This document shows, one piece after another, positions 1 to 11,483 of a DNA stretch of 64,000 bases; the first letter of the stretch is position 1; each line of letters opens with the position of its first letter. The position numbers and the translations under genes are program-made. The notes beneath the pieces are model-generated. The model searched no databases. It worked only from the letters and a program-made list of their open reading frames with translations, and was not told the origin of the DNA. The DNA comes from Podospora anserina (Eukaryota): assembly GCA_017654855.1 (NCBI GenBank), contig CM030334.1:2170001-2234000 (forward strand), given 5' to 3'.

Positions 1-1071
1 TCAACCCTCATAGCCAGATTGCGCGTCCTTTGCTCTCGACCCAGACCTCGAGCCTCCATAGGACAGAAGCAAAGTTGGGCAGCGACGTGGGAGTGTTCGT
101 GTCCGAGCTCCATGACCCCATACAAGCACTGAGGTTCGTCTTCTTCGGCAGTGAGTCTAAAATGATGGAATCGGCCCCATTGTGTGCGACGCGATGCAGC
201 ACGAAGATCTCATGTTCTGTATCAGCCTCTTTTATACATAGCCTCCCTCCGCGAGCAAACCGCTAGAACTTACTCTGTCCAGTCCACGCTTGACGTGCGC
301 ACGCGGCTCTTTGTCAGAGCTCGGATGAAGATTCATTGTCTGGCCGCGGCTCTACTCTGTTCAATCTCACTGGTAGGTTTTTGACGCCGCACACATAGGC
401 CGCAGCTACAAAGCGAAAGTAATTACTCTTCGGCCCTTGCCATAAAAGCCATAACAGGCAAGGAGCGTCCGCAGGCACAACAAACAATAGGCGAGGCGTC
501 TGACACGCGAATATCAGCTCACAAGATTCCCGCCCCTGCGCACGCCTCTCTGGAAAACTGCAACAGATGGACCACCATGGACACAGGGTCTTGATGTTTC
601 TACTGTCCACAGCCTAGCGTTGCAGATTGCTCAAGCGTCATGGTGCGAGTTGCAGCACACCGAATCAAGACCATTCTTGCCCTCGCGTCCGCACGTTAGC
701 TTTGCCCGCTCGCGCGTGTACGCGGTAGTATTTCTATCGGCCGACTGAGTTGCGTCATTCGCTTGCGGGAGTCCAAGTTTTTTTATCAAAGCTGGGATGA
801 ACTTTTAACTTTGGTTTTGCATAGCTACGACTTTTAGAATTATTTCTAACACGTTCATTTACTGGTAGTTAAACAGAGTGAAGCAAAGGAGGAAAAGGCC
901 TTTAAAAATTCCTTCTTCAACAGAGTTCAGGGGTCAAACAATGCACACACACAACGTGACTCCTATTTCCTGAACAACATCTATTTTTTATTTCCGCACC
1001 CAGAAAGACGTAAAAGATATTGGTCATCCATACTATCAATCCACCCAGTCTCCTCCTTCCTTGCTGCTATC

Positions 1072-1299
1072 TCAGATATAAGAAGTGCCCCCCTCAATCA
1101 GGTCAAATGCCGCGATACCGCAGCCGACCTCCCGGAACACAGCCCTCCACAGCAATATTGTCACAGTACGGGCAGAAATGAGGTTCGCCGGGGGCTCGAT
1201 GAAGGTACAGGGCTGGGCAGAATAAGGCTACTGGTTTGTAAAGTTCCGGATTGCTTCCTGGCGTCTCTGATTATGGAAGTGGTCACCTGGCGGCCGCAT
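1072..1299 (-). pseudogene. Truncated, internally deleted copy (D) of the unrecognised Cys4 family
   Basis: ATG at 1299 in good context (CAAACAATG). Reads MRPPGDHFHNQRRQEAIRNFTNQ*, then shifts frame to FCPALYLHRAPGEPHFCPYCDNI, then returns to WRAVFREVGCGIAAFDLIEGGTSYI* (TGA 1074-1072). N- and C-terminal blocks align by eye to the 1685..2179 protein; the middle is missing. Confidence 0.7.
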
Positions 1300-1684
1300 T
1301 GTTTGACGTGGGTATCGCGGAGCCTATTGTCGGTGCGTGGTTAAGGTGCTTTGGCTGAGGGTGGGTGCTTGTGGGCAAGAGACAGTTTGGTTCAATGCCA
1401 AGTTTTCTGATGGACTCGATCGACAGTGGAGGATGGAAAAGCAAATGTTTGGTAGGTTAAATACCTAGGCATGTGTCACATAGGTAACTGTCAAGGTAAG
1501 GTTCATCACTAGTCCCAGCTGGTTCTTCTGACATGTCCAACACCCATTACTCACAACAACAAACACAGAAAACTGGCTTATATCCACTGCCACACATCTC
1601 TGCTCCCTTTTCAGCCTTTTCTCACCTACGCAGACTCCAGCACATCAAAAACAGCCGCCACCACCATCACAAAACCCACCAACA

Positions 1685-2179
1685 ATGTCCTTACTCGCCC
1701 AAGCCGAAATCAACTTCTACCGTCACCAAGTACAGCACAACTTCCTCTCCCAATGCAGCATCTGCCCCTTTCTGGCCACCCTCAACCTGAACCCCCCCGT
1801 TCCCTGCCCTCTATGCTGCAACATGGTCGGCTTCCTGAACCTAAACCACACAGTCGACACTCTCAAAAGACTGGTCAGAATCTCCGAGGTGTTTCACTGG
1901 CCAGAGTTTGTCGCCCACATCCACGACGCACTCGTGGCGAGAGTGACTCATTTTTTCAGGTTTGAGCCAGATGATGATGATGTTGAAGGACTTCCTCCCC
2001 ATTTTAGACGTCGTGCTGTTCCCCAGACTGAACAGCAGATGATGTTGTGCCAGCAGGCGATGGTGTGGCATATCGGGAGGGATGTTGAAGTGGTGTATGA
2101 TCAGGCGTTGACGAGGAGGGTGGTGTTTAGGCAGTTGGGGTGTACGGTTGGGCAGTGGGAGATGGTTGTGGGTGAGTAA
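1685..2179 (+). CDS. Hypothetical 164-aa protein, intact copy (A) of an unrecognised CxxC-Xn-CxxC family
   Basis: Single-exon ORF with a good start context (AACAATGTCC) and the C-rich to G-rich codon trend of real genes in this window. Motifs CSIC...CPLC, ISEVFHWPE and RRVVFRQLGC are shared with four paralogs in the window. Confidence 0.8.
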   Translation: MSLLAQAEINFYRHQVQHNFLSQCSICPFLATLNLNPPVPCPLCCNMVGFLNLNHTVDTLKRLVRISEVFHWPEFVAHIHDALVARVTHFFRFEPDDDDVEGLPPHFRRRAVPQTEQQMMLCQQAMVWHIGRDVEVVYDQALTRRVVFRQLGCTVGQWEMVVGE

Positions 2180-2584
2180 TCTATGAGTTGAGTGGAAGGG
2201 GGGTAGATGGATTAGCTTCGGGGTGTCAGGAGGTTGCCGAATGACGAGATGTGGTGATAGCAGACTTGGGTATCAGTCAATAGAAGACATCACTGTCACA
2301 CTTGATGATTTCCCCTGGACTGGCGAAGTTGAGCCTTGTATAACTCGACGAATTATGCAATCTTGGATAACAAGAAGAATCCACTTGCAGAGATCTTATC
2401 TAGGAATTGCAAGAGCTAAACAGGCCCCTTCCGGATCAGAGTACTCCTTCCCAGCTTAACGAGAAATGTGTGCAAGCTGATACTATCAACCTCCTCCAAG
2501 TTTCGATCCTCTTCAAAGCCTGCCCACTTCTGCCCATCTCGAACGGTTCTCCGGTATTAAATACGCAACACTACAATCCCTAAG

Positions 2585-3077
2585 ATGCCCCTCAACAACG
2601 AGGCTGAGAGTGATCACGAAGACACGATCACAAACTTCAAGGTCATTTGCATGACCTGCGCAGCTCTCGCCCGTCACTCCAAAGCTCCGCCCTGCTAACG
2701 ATGTGAGATCATGGAGAGATGGGCCAGACTCCCCTTTCACAGCGAAGCCTTTCTCTAGAAGCTCGTCCGAACATCGTAGGTTTTCCACTACGATGAGGTT
2801 CTGGCCTACGCAATCGACGCAATCATCGACAGAGTTACACGAACTCTCAAAATCAGAAGGGACCTTGACTTCAATGATCTGCCCACCCCATCGGAGACGC
2901 AATAATGGGCCGCGTACTCCTGAACAAATCGAGTTCGCTCAGCTGTCAAAGCCATTCCCAACAACCGAGGATTTTGAGTATGTGTACAAGAAAGCGATGC
3001 TCAGAAGAAGCGTGTTCCGAGCTGTGGGGTGCCATATTGGAGCGTACAACTTCATCCGAGATGGAGTTCATCAGTGA
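2585..3077 (+). pseudogene. Full-length pseudogene copy (B) of the Cys4 family
   Basis: From ATG 2585: MPLNNEAESDHEDTITNFKVICMTC...PPC*RC...FL*KLVRTS*VFHYDEVLAYAIDAIIDRV...NDL. In-frame stops at 2696 (TAA), 2756 (TAG) and 2777 (TAG). One extra base near 2883 leads to PPHRRR...EDFEYVYKKAMLRRSVFRAVGCHIGAY. Colinear with copy A. Confidence 0.85.
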
Positions 3078-3914
3078 GAGACAAATCTCGGCTCCGTAAG
3101 TATAGACTGGGATGTCGTCTGGTTAGATGTGGGACATGCGGGTAAACAGTGGGGCACAAAAGTAAACAAGCCCCTTTTAGCCCCTTTACCATAAGTGGAG
3201 CCTTATTCAGCAAGGATCTTTTTGCAACACCAGATACAGAGAAAGGGCCAAACTACATAGTTCTGCGGCCCATTGTTCTGGCTATAGCTATTGTGACTGC
3301 GTGGATATTTTGTTTACATGTGAAGTAATGTGCCGAATCCCTACCTATGCTGCATCACTTCACATGGATCTCCAAGTCCTCTTCTCGTAGGTTGCGTGGT
3401 TCAGTGGACCGCCGAAAACAGGGACAAGACGTGTAACTGAAGACAAGAATTTCACCGAGAGTAAAGAAAGCTTAATTGATATGTGGAGAAAGTGGATGTG
3501 ATTCGAGGAGGATGGAAAGTGATAACCACTGTACTTGACCCCCAGTTCCTACAAGGCCGGCGTTGGTAAGTCTCGAGCCTACTCTGGGCCTAAGATGTAG
3601 CCTAACAAACGTTAGAGAAAATGTGGAGTTGGGTTCAAGTTTTGGCATGGTGTGTTACATCATCATCATACATACACATATTCATGTCCCCAATTTCGAG
3701 GTCCCTCTATGTATTTTGACGTGTACTTGGTAGACATTGGGTTAACTGAGTAGCCATGTACGTGAAAGTAAAAAAACCCCTTTCCAAACCCCCTTTTTGC
3801 AAAGCATTGACCCAACCCGAAAAGAAAAATGAAATTGTCCTGTAAACCGACCATAACTAGCCCAGAAGAAACACAAAGTCATAAAGTCATAATCATAGTA
3901 GCCAGCAGCCACAT

Positions 3915-4400
3915 TCACCTCTTATCTTCGCCCACCAAGTGAAAGTAAGTCCATGGTCCCAATGTCGTATCCCCGTTCTCTCACTGGCCTTCCGCCGTTG
4001 CGTCGCCTTCGGATACGCCTCCCCAATGTCCTTCTGGGCAAGGCCACTCTGCAGCCAACCGCCTTCTGTCCGCCTGGTACAAACGGCTGTCTGTCACCTC
4101 ATAGGCTCTGTTGACCCTCTCGGCGATAGCAACCCTGAGGTATGCCTCCATCTCATCAAAGCGAAATTCATGGGAAATCTCGGAGATTTGCCAGAGGATG
4201 TTTCGTGTATGGATATCTTTCCTTGATCCATGTCTCCATTTCGATGCACTGTGCGCATTTTCTGGAACAGGGCCCTTTGCAGGTTGGGCATGCTTTTCTG
4301 AAGTCGAGGATGGCTTGGCTGCGGTAGATGTTGTTTTTGTTGTAAATCAGCTTGAGCTTGCTGGTTTCTGGTGGCAGAGCCTGTCCCTCACACGAATTCA
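3915..4400 (-). pseudogene. Frameshifted copy (C) of the Cys4 family; 5' end unresolved
   Basis: Three frames join to give NNIYRSQAILDFRKACPTCKGPCSRKCAQCIEMETWIKE / DIHTRNILWQISEISHEFRFDEMEAYLRVAIAERV...AAEWP / KDIGEAYPKATQRRKASENGDTTLGPWTYFHLVGEDKR* (TGA 3917-3915). Frameshifts near 4215 and 4030. Confidence 0.75.
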
Positions 4401-5108
4401 GGTGTCGAAACCCGACTCTGGAGTCACCTTAACGGTGGTCCATGGCCCGCGACGCGCCCAAAAGCTCGCGAAAAGAGAGGGACAAACATAGAGGTCCTCT
4501 CCATCTTCCCCATTTTATCACGCCCTTGTTACTAGCCTCTCCTGATTGGCTGCATCGAGGGTCAGCTGGGAAAACTTCCATTCCTTTCGGGTTAGGGTTG
4601 AGGCTGAGGAGGGGGCTGTCCCAAGCAAGTGGCTTGCTCTGCGTGCTCTAACCACCCTGCCTGGATGAGTCATTGGTCTGGGGAATACAAGGAGTCTCCG
4701 ACTAGGTTGGGACCTGTAGTGATTATACAATGCAGGTACAATATGGTACGTTGTCAATTCACAAAGTCTACCTACACTTCAATTCGTACAGTCTAAAGTT
4801 CAGTTCACACGTGCGGGATTACTACAGTATATCTAATGGCTATCGCGACATCACATTTGATGGTCAATTCTAGGCCTCCTCATACCAGGAATCACTTTAT
4901 CGAGCTTACATGCATGCAAGATCTTGAAGCGCGGATTACTTTGGGTATCTCAGTTTATAATTGGCCTGTCTAAGCTTTTGTTAACCCTGATCCGAGCTAT
5001 CAACTTGTCCTCCTTGGGAATCTTGTCGCTAGCCATCCACCCATTCAGTTCCTCCGGGTTAAGCTTCAGTCTTCTTTGTTAAGCTGCCGATCGTCGAAAC
5101 TGGACTCC

Positions 5109-6049
5109 TTAAGGTTTGCCTTTGCTGATTGTGCACACCACGGTTCCAGACTGGCATTTGCGATTGGAGTTGGCTTGGTTGTTGTTGGGATAGGTGTAGG
5201 CTTTGTTCTCGCAGGGCTTGAACCACTCGGGGCCTGAAGTCGCAGCCCCATTCTCTCTGAAAGGGTGTATACAAGGCCCTTGGCCGTTTTCCTCAGGGCA
5301 GGGCTTCCCCTGTAGCCAGAAATTGTCGTTACAGCCGGCAATCTCAACGCCATTGCAACGGCACATGATAGGAAAGTTGAATCCGTCGACATACGAGACG
5401 TTGGTATCGCCCCCTCCGAAAGCCAAGCCTTGTTTCTCCAGGGAGAGTTCCCACATGACTCTCCCGCCCATTCTTGATTTTGCCCGCTTCCACAACAGCG
5501 ATGTGGCCCGAGTAGTCGGTACGGAGTCTAATCTGGCCTCTCTCTCCATTAGCCAACTGACCAGGAGCAGGCTGCCCATCTACCAGATCAGGCACAGGGG
5601 GCTTTCCGGAATCAAAATTGTGTTCGTTCTTGGTGTGCATAGTCTGGAGGGCCTTCTCAGCCTTGTTCTCGAAGACAATCGTCCAGAAGCCACCGTAGGG
5701 AAGAGGAGTGACGGTCGCCGCTACTGCCGGGTCAAGGGTGCGGTTGTCGTCCAAAGCGCCGCCGCTTGCTGTGCCCAAACCCATACAATCAGCACCCACA
5801 ATGCCGGAGAACTTGGGAGCGGCCGTGGTGACTGAAGTAGCGAATGTGGTGATGGGCATAGGAAAGAAAGGGTTGGTGGCATCTTCCTTGCCCTGGATGC
5901 CTGAGACCTTGGGGCCAGTCATGGTACTTGTGGTAGTCGTGGTAGGAAAAGTTGAAGCCGTCCGAGGCGACGTAGGGAATATCCACGGCGAGAGCAGCCG
6001 TGAAAAGGAGAACGGCCGAAGCCAGGAGGGTAGAGAGCGTGAAGGACAT
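5109..6049 (-). pseudogene. Secreted thaumatin-like protein with Thr-rich N-terminal region, broken by two frameshifts
   Basis: Signal peptide MSFTLSTLLASAVLLFTAALA (ATG 6049). A shift near 5975 enters the 5344..5922 frame and a shift near 5455 enters the 5109..5579 frame. The last frame carries NVSYVDGFNFPIMCRC (thaumatin DVSxVDG-like) and a Cys-rich C-terminus with AYTYP. No intron signals were seen at the shifts. Confidence 0.75.
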
Positions 6050-7350
6050 CACTGTGCCAGGTAAGGTACTGTAGGGCGTGGTGAACAGGCTTTGGCGAAG
6101 GTGTAGAGGGTGTTGTGAACTGATGGCAAAGGCTGTTGCCGACAAGGATGGAGAACAGGTTCTCTGGGGTGTCTTTGCTGCTCGCTGATGGGAAGAGAAA
6201 GAGGATTCAGGGGAGTAGTAAAAAGTCATTGTATACTTAAGGATCGGGGCTGGAACGCTTGGGCGCAGTGAGCAGTTCTCATCAGATTCATTTGATATTG
6301 GATTCAAGTGGAGATAATAGGAGCAGTTACACGGTCTTATCGTAAGGGAGCCAGCATTTTTAGAGATCAGAGTGTGTTGATATCAGGGGGGAGATCGCAG
6401 AATACTTCAGACAAAACTATGAACCTCTCCATAGAGACGTTCTCAGTGGAGATAAGAGCAGCAGCAAAGTGGGCTGGTTGAGGTGAAGAGCAGGGTCAGA
6501 GAATTCTCTTCCGCGCGCGGTTTAAAAACAACCAGACGACGCTCATCATGTTGAGGAGCGGTCAAAACGTCACACAGTGAAGGGTGTGTTTGTTCCCATG
6601 CGAAGCTTGACAACCCGCATAGGCTCTGTGACAGTAGTGAGCAACACATCTTGTTGACTCCCAAAGAGCACTTACTTCACGTCAGGGTATTGAGCAAACC
6701 AATATTAACTGCCAAGAAGAGCAACAGAGGTCCATATCGGGACTCCGCTAGCACAATGTTTGGAATAGGGGCAAGCAAGCCTTCGCAAGGCATGGGGTTC
6801 ATCCAAGTGTTGAGGATAGCCATAGCATGTTTGTTGTCCATGACAATGATACGGCCCCTTCGGTGAGCAAGGAGCAGTCAGCATAGATTGACTCTTATCA
6901 TCTTCACACCCCCCAACCAGTCACCAGCCCTCGTGGGGTAGGAGAGTTGTTCAGCATGACGATAAGTCTGTCATTTAGATTATACAAGAGCAAGAAGCTC
7001 GCTAGAACATGATCATACAGACTCTTGACTGCTCAAGCAAGCTCTGGATTGTGGGCATGACAGTCCTCACTGGAGTAAGGAGGTAAGTGGCTCACTGTCA
7101 CGAGTGAATAGTTCAACAAGACCTCTGCCCCATCCGGCAACACCGTAGCGAATCATAAGTCCCGTATCAAGATTTGCTCCCCGGTCAGAGATCTATACAA
7201 TGAGTGCTTCATTGCCACTACCCATTCTCTTTCTCTCACGAACATCCAGCAACAAAGACCTCTGACAACCGGTCTTTCACTCCTCCACTCTATCAGCAAA
7301 GGCATCCCTCCCTATTTAGGTGTATACCCCGATCCACCATCACCCCCAAG

Positions 7351-7746
7351 ATGAAATTCCTCGCCTCACCTCTCATCGTTGCTTCGGCCCTGACCTCCAT
7401 CTTTGCCTCCTCCCTCCCTGCTTCCCAAACCACCTTCGAGACCAAGGTCACCCAAGCCCGCAATGTCACCAGAGCTGCTGCCGCCGATGGCCAGTTCTTG
7501 TCTGGTTGTGACAACCCCAAGCTTTGGTCACAATCTATTGCTTGCCCGGACAAGAACGCACACGGAGCTTGCAGGAACCCACACCAGGATCTGGAAGACG
7601 GGCAGATCAAGTACGCTCATGAGTGGTTCAAGGCTTGCCAGGGGAGGGTTTATACCTTTCCTAAGGATGACACCGCCAATTCCAATGGAAAGTGTCAATC
7701 TGGGATTGTTAACTGCCAGATTCTTCCCAAGCAAAGCACAACTTGA
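7351..7746 (+). CDS. Small secreted cysteine-rich protein (131 aa): C-terminal half of a thaumatin-like domain
   Basis: Signal peptide MKFLASPLIVASALTSIFA. GC..LW...CP...G.C.NP...EWFK.C...YT.P....ANSN.KCQSG.V.C.I aligns closely with the C-terminus of the 5109..6049 gene. Six Cys. Confidence 0.8.
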   Translation: MKFLASPLIVASALTSIFASSLPASQTTFETKVTQARNVTRAAAADGQFLSGCDNPKLWSQSIACPDKNAHGACRNPHQDLEDGQIKYAHEWFKACQGRVYTFPKDDTANSNGKCQSGIVNCQILPKQSTT

Positions 7747-10700
7747 GGAGAGGATATCTATTTTGGCTTGGAGTCAGGAGCATCGCAGTTGGGAGATGGA
7801 TGATTAGATGGTTGCCACAATAGCTTACCTATGGAAGTCAAAAGTTTCCCTTGATTGTTGGGTCTTGAGCACTCCTTTCCTGTTTTTACTCGTTTGATCA
7901 GCTTCTGCTACACGTTTAGAACTCATATATATTTTCTCTACTCACATGTCCACAGTTATCTGCTTACCTACCTTAGAGACTTACCTTCACACATTCACAC
8001 CTGATTTTACACCAGAGAAAGTAGGTAGCGGAGAAGCCGGTGGGACCGCTACGAACCAACAACCACTGCCCAACACAAAGTTTGGACAGGCTTCCGAGGT
8101 CATCACCAGATACATTGGAATTCAGGGCGTCCCAAGACGGTTCACACAGCTCAACATCGATAATGAATCAGCAGACAGCCTTCATAGCTGTCCACCAAGT
8201 TCACCAACCAGCTGCCTCCGGACATGTGTGAATCTCTGGGGCGCGATGGGCGTGTTGTAGCCAAGGCGGGTGTCATCCAACCCAATTCTCCTTCTCCTTT
8301 CATCATCTGGCACCATAGCCACCCTCTCACATGTTGTATATACGACTTTTCTTGTGGGGCACCTACAAAGGGCCTGCTTTTCACCAGACCCACACCTGAC
8401 TTGCTCTTAAGGCTGGGTTTGCTTACTGTTTACTTTTACTCCGAACAACTAACAACAACCAACTGTAATATCAATTTGTCAACTAATTTACCTGCCTTTT
8501 TGGCCTCTCTTTCGCGGGCAGTGACTTCACTAGGCCACCGCCCTACATTTCCCTTTCACATACCTGATCTAGCAACCTTACCTTTCGCCAAACTAATCCC
8601 AGCCTCCTACCCACACCTAGGCTGTGAGGAGCTCCCCTCCTGTCGTTGACCCTGGAGCGCACCATCATCGCCACGACCGTCTCAAATTCTACGACGAGTT
8701 CAACCCTCTCGGCAATGCTAATCGGTATGGATCCTCCTACACGCCGACAACAGCCTGCGCCCACCTGGTTTCCGTCCGCATTCACAAGTTCTACAACAGG
8801 AACCTGTACCTGTGGTATGTGACCTCTAAGTTCCTCCCCTTCACTTCAACACGTTACTGACTATACTCCAGGACAAAATAGTCGGCTATCGTTGCACGGC
8901 GCGCTCCCTCCTCTCCCTACCTCCACCCTCCCTCGTGTGCCGTCCGTCTGGTCAATTAAACAACCACCTACCCACTCACCCCTTCACACCAACAAAAGTG
9001 CGCCATGACCGACCCAGTGGGAACCCCTCATTCGTCATGGTCAGACCTGCTTCAGATGCAGGAAGATGACCACGGATTGGCATGAGGCACCGTCGTGGGA
9101 AGGAAGCCTCGGGACGCACGATCAAGGTTTTCCCCCTCCCGAGGGCATTGACCTCGAACACCCGCCGCCGCACGCTTGACTTCTGCCCCCCGACGAGCAG
9201 CACAAAAAGATGGAGATGCCCTGGTCTGCCGCCAAGAGCGGCCAAACCGGGGGTCAATGGAGAGAAGTCATGTTACCTCTTGTCCAGGGAGCCAGATCTA
9301 CCTACCAGTGTTGTGATGCTGAACGGCCTGGGATCGTTTTTTCGCCAATCTCGCCAAGACCACACAGAGCGGTTGCTTTTTGTGAACCGGATCCCCAACG
9401 GCAATATGTCTCTCCAGGTCGAGGACATCAGCGTCGATGACATGGATGCTTGGACTTGTACCTTGGTTTTTTTTTTTTTTTTTTTTTTGGAACGAATGCT
9501 TCCAGGACATTCCGTGCGCCGTGGTGGTGATGGGGATGATGGGGCTCATCTCATGTAAGGGGTAAAGTAAATAATGAATGTGGAGTTAGTTGGCGGGGCG
9601 ATGGAAAACGACGTGAGGGTTGGGGTTTTGTGATATTGGGGTTGTAGCATTGGCGAAGGGTGCAGAGCTAGTGTAATGAGATTATTGTATGCGATTTAAG
9701 ATGAACATGAGGGAGGGATAGAGCTTGCTCAGATGTACCTCGGATGGTGAGAATAGTGAATTTAAAACATGTACGAGTTTTGGCGGTCCGGTTGTGATCA
9801 TGCAGTGCTCCCACATCCTCCTGGCTTTGACAGCATCATCTGGATACTCGCCTGTGGAAGAGGTAAGTTATCTTGAGGGCTCCATGAAAGCCTATGTGAG
9901 GGTCTTGACCTTGATAGGACATCCAAAAGATTTGCCCGTGACACTGTGTACCACATGGATGGGCCCGGTCGTCGACTGTCTCCGGACACGATAGGAGAGC
10001 TCTTAAATGCTAAATACTCTTGGTTGCTGTGTTGTTCTTGGGCAAGCAAGACCTATTCTCAAAGATCCGCTTCACATGCATTCCAAACCAATTCCGCAAT
10101 CACAACAAAACATGAGGCAAAAAAGGCATCATCCGCCATGATTCAAGCGATATGCAGGAACCAAAAACTCACTCACTACCCACCCACCTCTTCAAGACCC
10201 CTTGCATTGCGGCTGCACAATCTGAGACATCTTAGACACCTCATCCAGCCTCCCGCCCGCCACCTCCGGACCGTTTTCTCCTTCTGTCGACATCTCAACT
10301 CAAGTCTCACACCCACGCTTCATGCATACCGACGCGAACAATATCAAAATGTAATGAACCGTTTTCATAACCATCTATTTCATCCCATCTATCTTTCCAA
10401 ATATATATACAATTGAAATCCAGACCAAAAAAAAAACCCCCTATTTCTGCCTGGTAGTAAACAAAACAGGACACAAACAAACAGTTTTCTTTTCTCTCCG
10501 TCACCCTCCCTACCTAACCCAACAGAAAAAAAAAAAGAAATAGTCAACGATGCCGTATGAAGAAACGAAAATGAAAACAAAAAGAGTGATTGTTTCGAAC
10601 AAGACGATTAGGCCGTGAAGATGAAAGATCCATATCCAGATTTGCCGAGTTTGATAATTGTTGTCGTGTCAAAACAGGGTAGAGAAAAAAAAAGGATAAA

Positions 10701-10852
10701 GCTGTTGCTGCCGCCCCTTACATGACTAAGAGGAAGACGAAAGAAATTGGGGTATCGGGTATCATCAGTCGCTGCTTGTCGCCATGAACTAAGTGTAGTA
10801 CAATGGTTGTACACCCGACCTGCCAGCCACTTGAAGATTAAGTTTGCCGGGC

Positions 10853-11483
10853 CTAGTTGGCGTTGGCGGGTCTCTGAGCGGGCCTCTGAGCGCCCGTCTT
10901 GCCTTCCTCCTCCTCCTTCTTGTGGATGATGTAATCCCCGGCGTTGATGGCTGTCTCACCGATGAGGTAGAAGGTCGTGGCGACAACGGCCGTGGGGTAG
11001 GCGGTCCAGGAGTCGCCGCAGCTTTGCTTCTTGGTCTCAAAGATGGAGAGAACGTATTCCTTCACGGAGCGGCCGGCGTGATAAGGAGAGAAGATCATCT
11101 GTTTGGTTCCCTCGACGATCTCGCCCGGCTGCTTCTTCACGACAGGGAACTTCTCCTCGATGACCTCGAGGGTCTTGTCGCCTACGCTGTCGACTCGTTC
11201 CACGTAGGGGGCGACGAATGAGTAAGGGCCGGCGAGGTAGGGGAATACGTTCTGGGCGAGGGATTGATAGACACCATTGCTGAGGTCAACGGCCTTGGAG
11301 CCGACGGAAGTCGATTTGACTGTTCTCACACCATCTTGGACGCAGGGGTATGTGAGAAGGTGCTGTTGAACATGGGGGTAAGCTGCTTGTTGAAGGATTG
11401 GGAGAGGAGATGGTGTTATCATAACATACCCTGATGGTAGCGGAGTGAGAGGAGTCGCCGTTCACTACGTTGGAGGTAGGCAT
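10853..11483 (-). CDS. CAP20: CAP20 / perilipin-like lipid-droplet protein
   Basis: Exons 11483-11430 and 11362-10853 (GTATGT...CAG intron). MPTSNVVNGD...HLLTYP.VQD...PYLAGPYSFVAPYVERVDSVGDKTL..IEEKFPVVKK matches the fungal Cap20/MPL1 family as I recall it. Confidence 0.85.
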
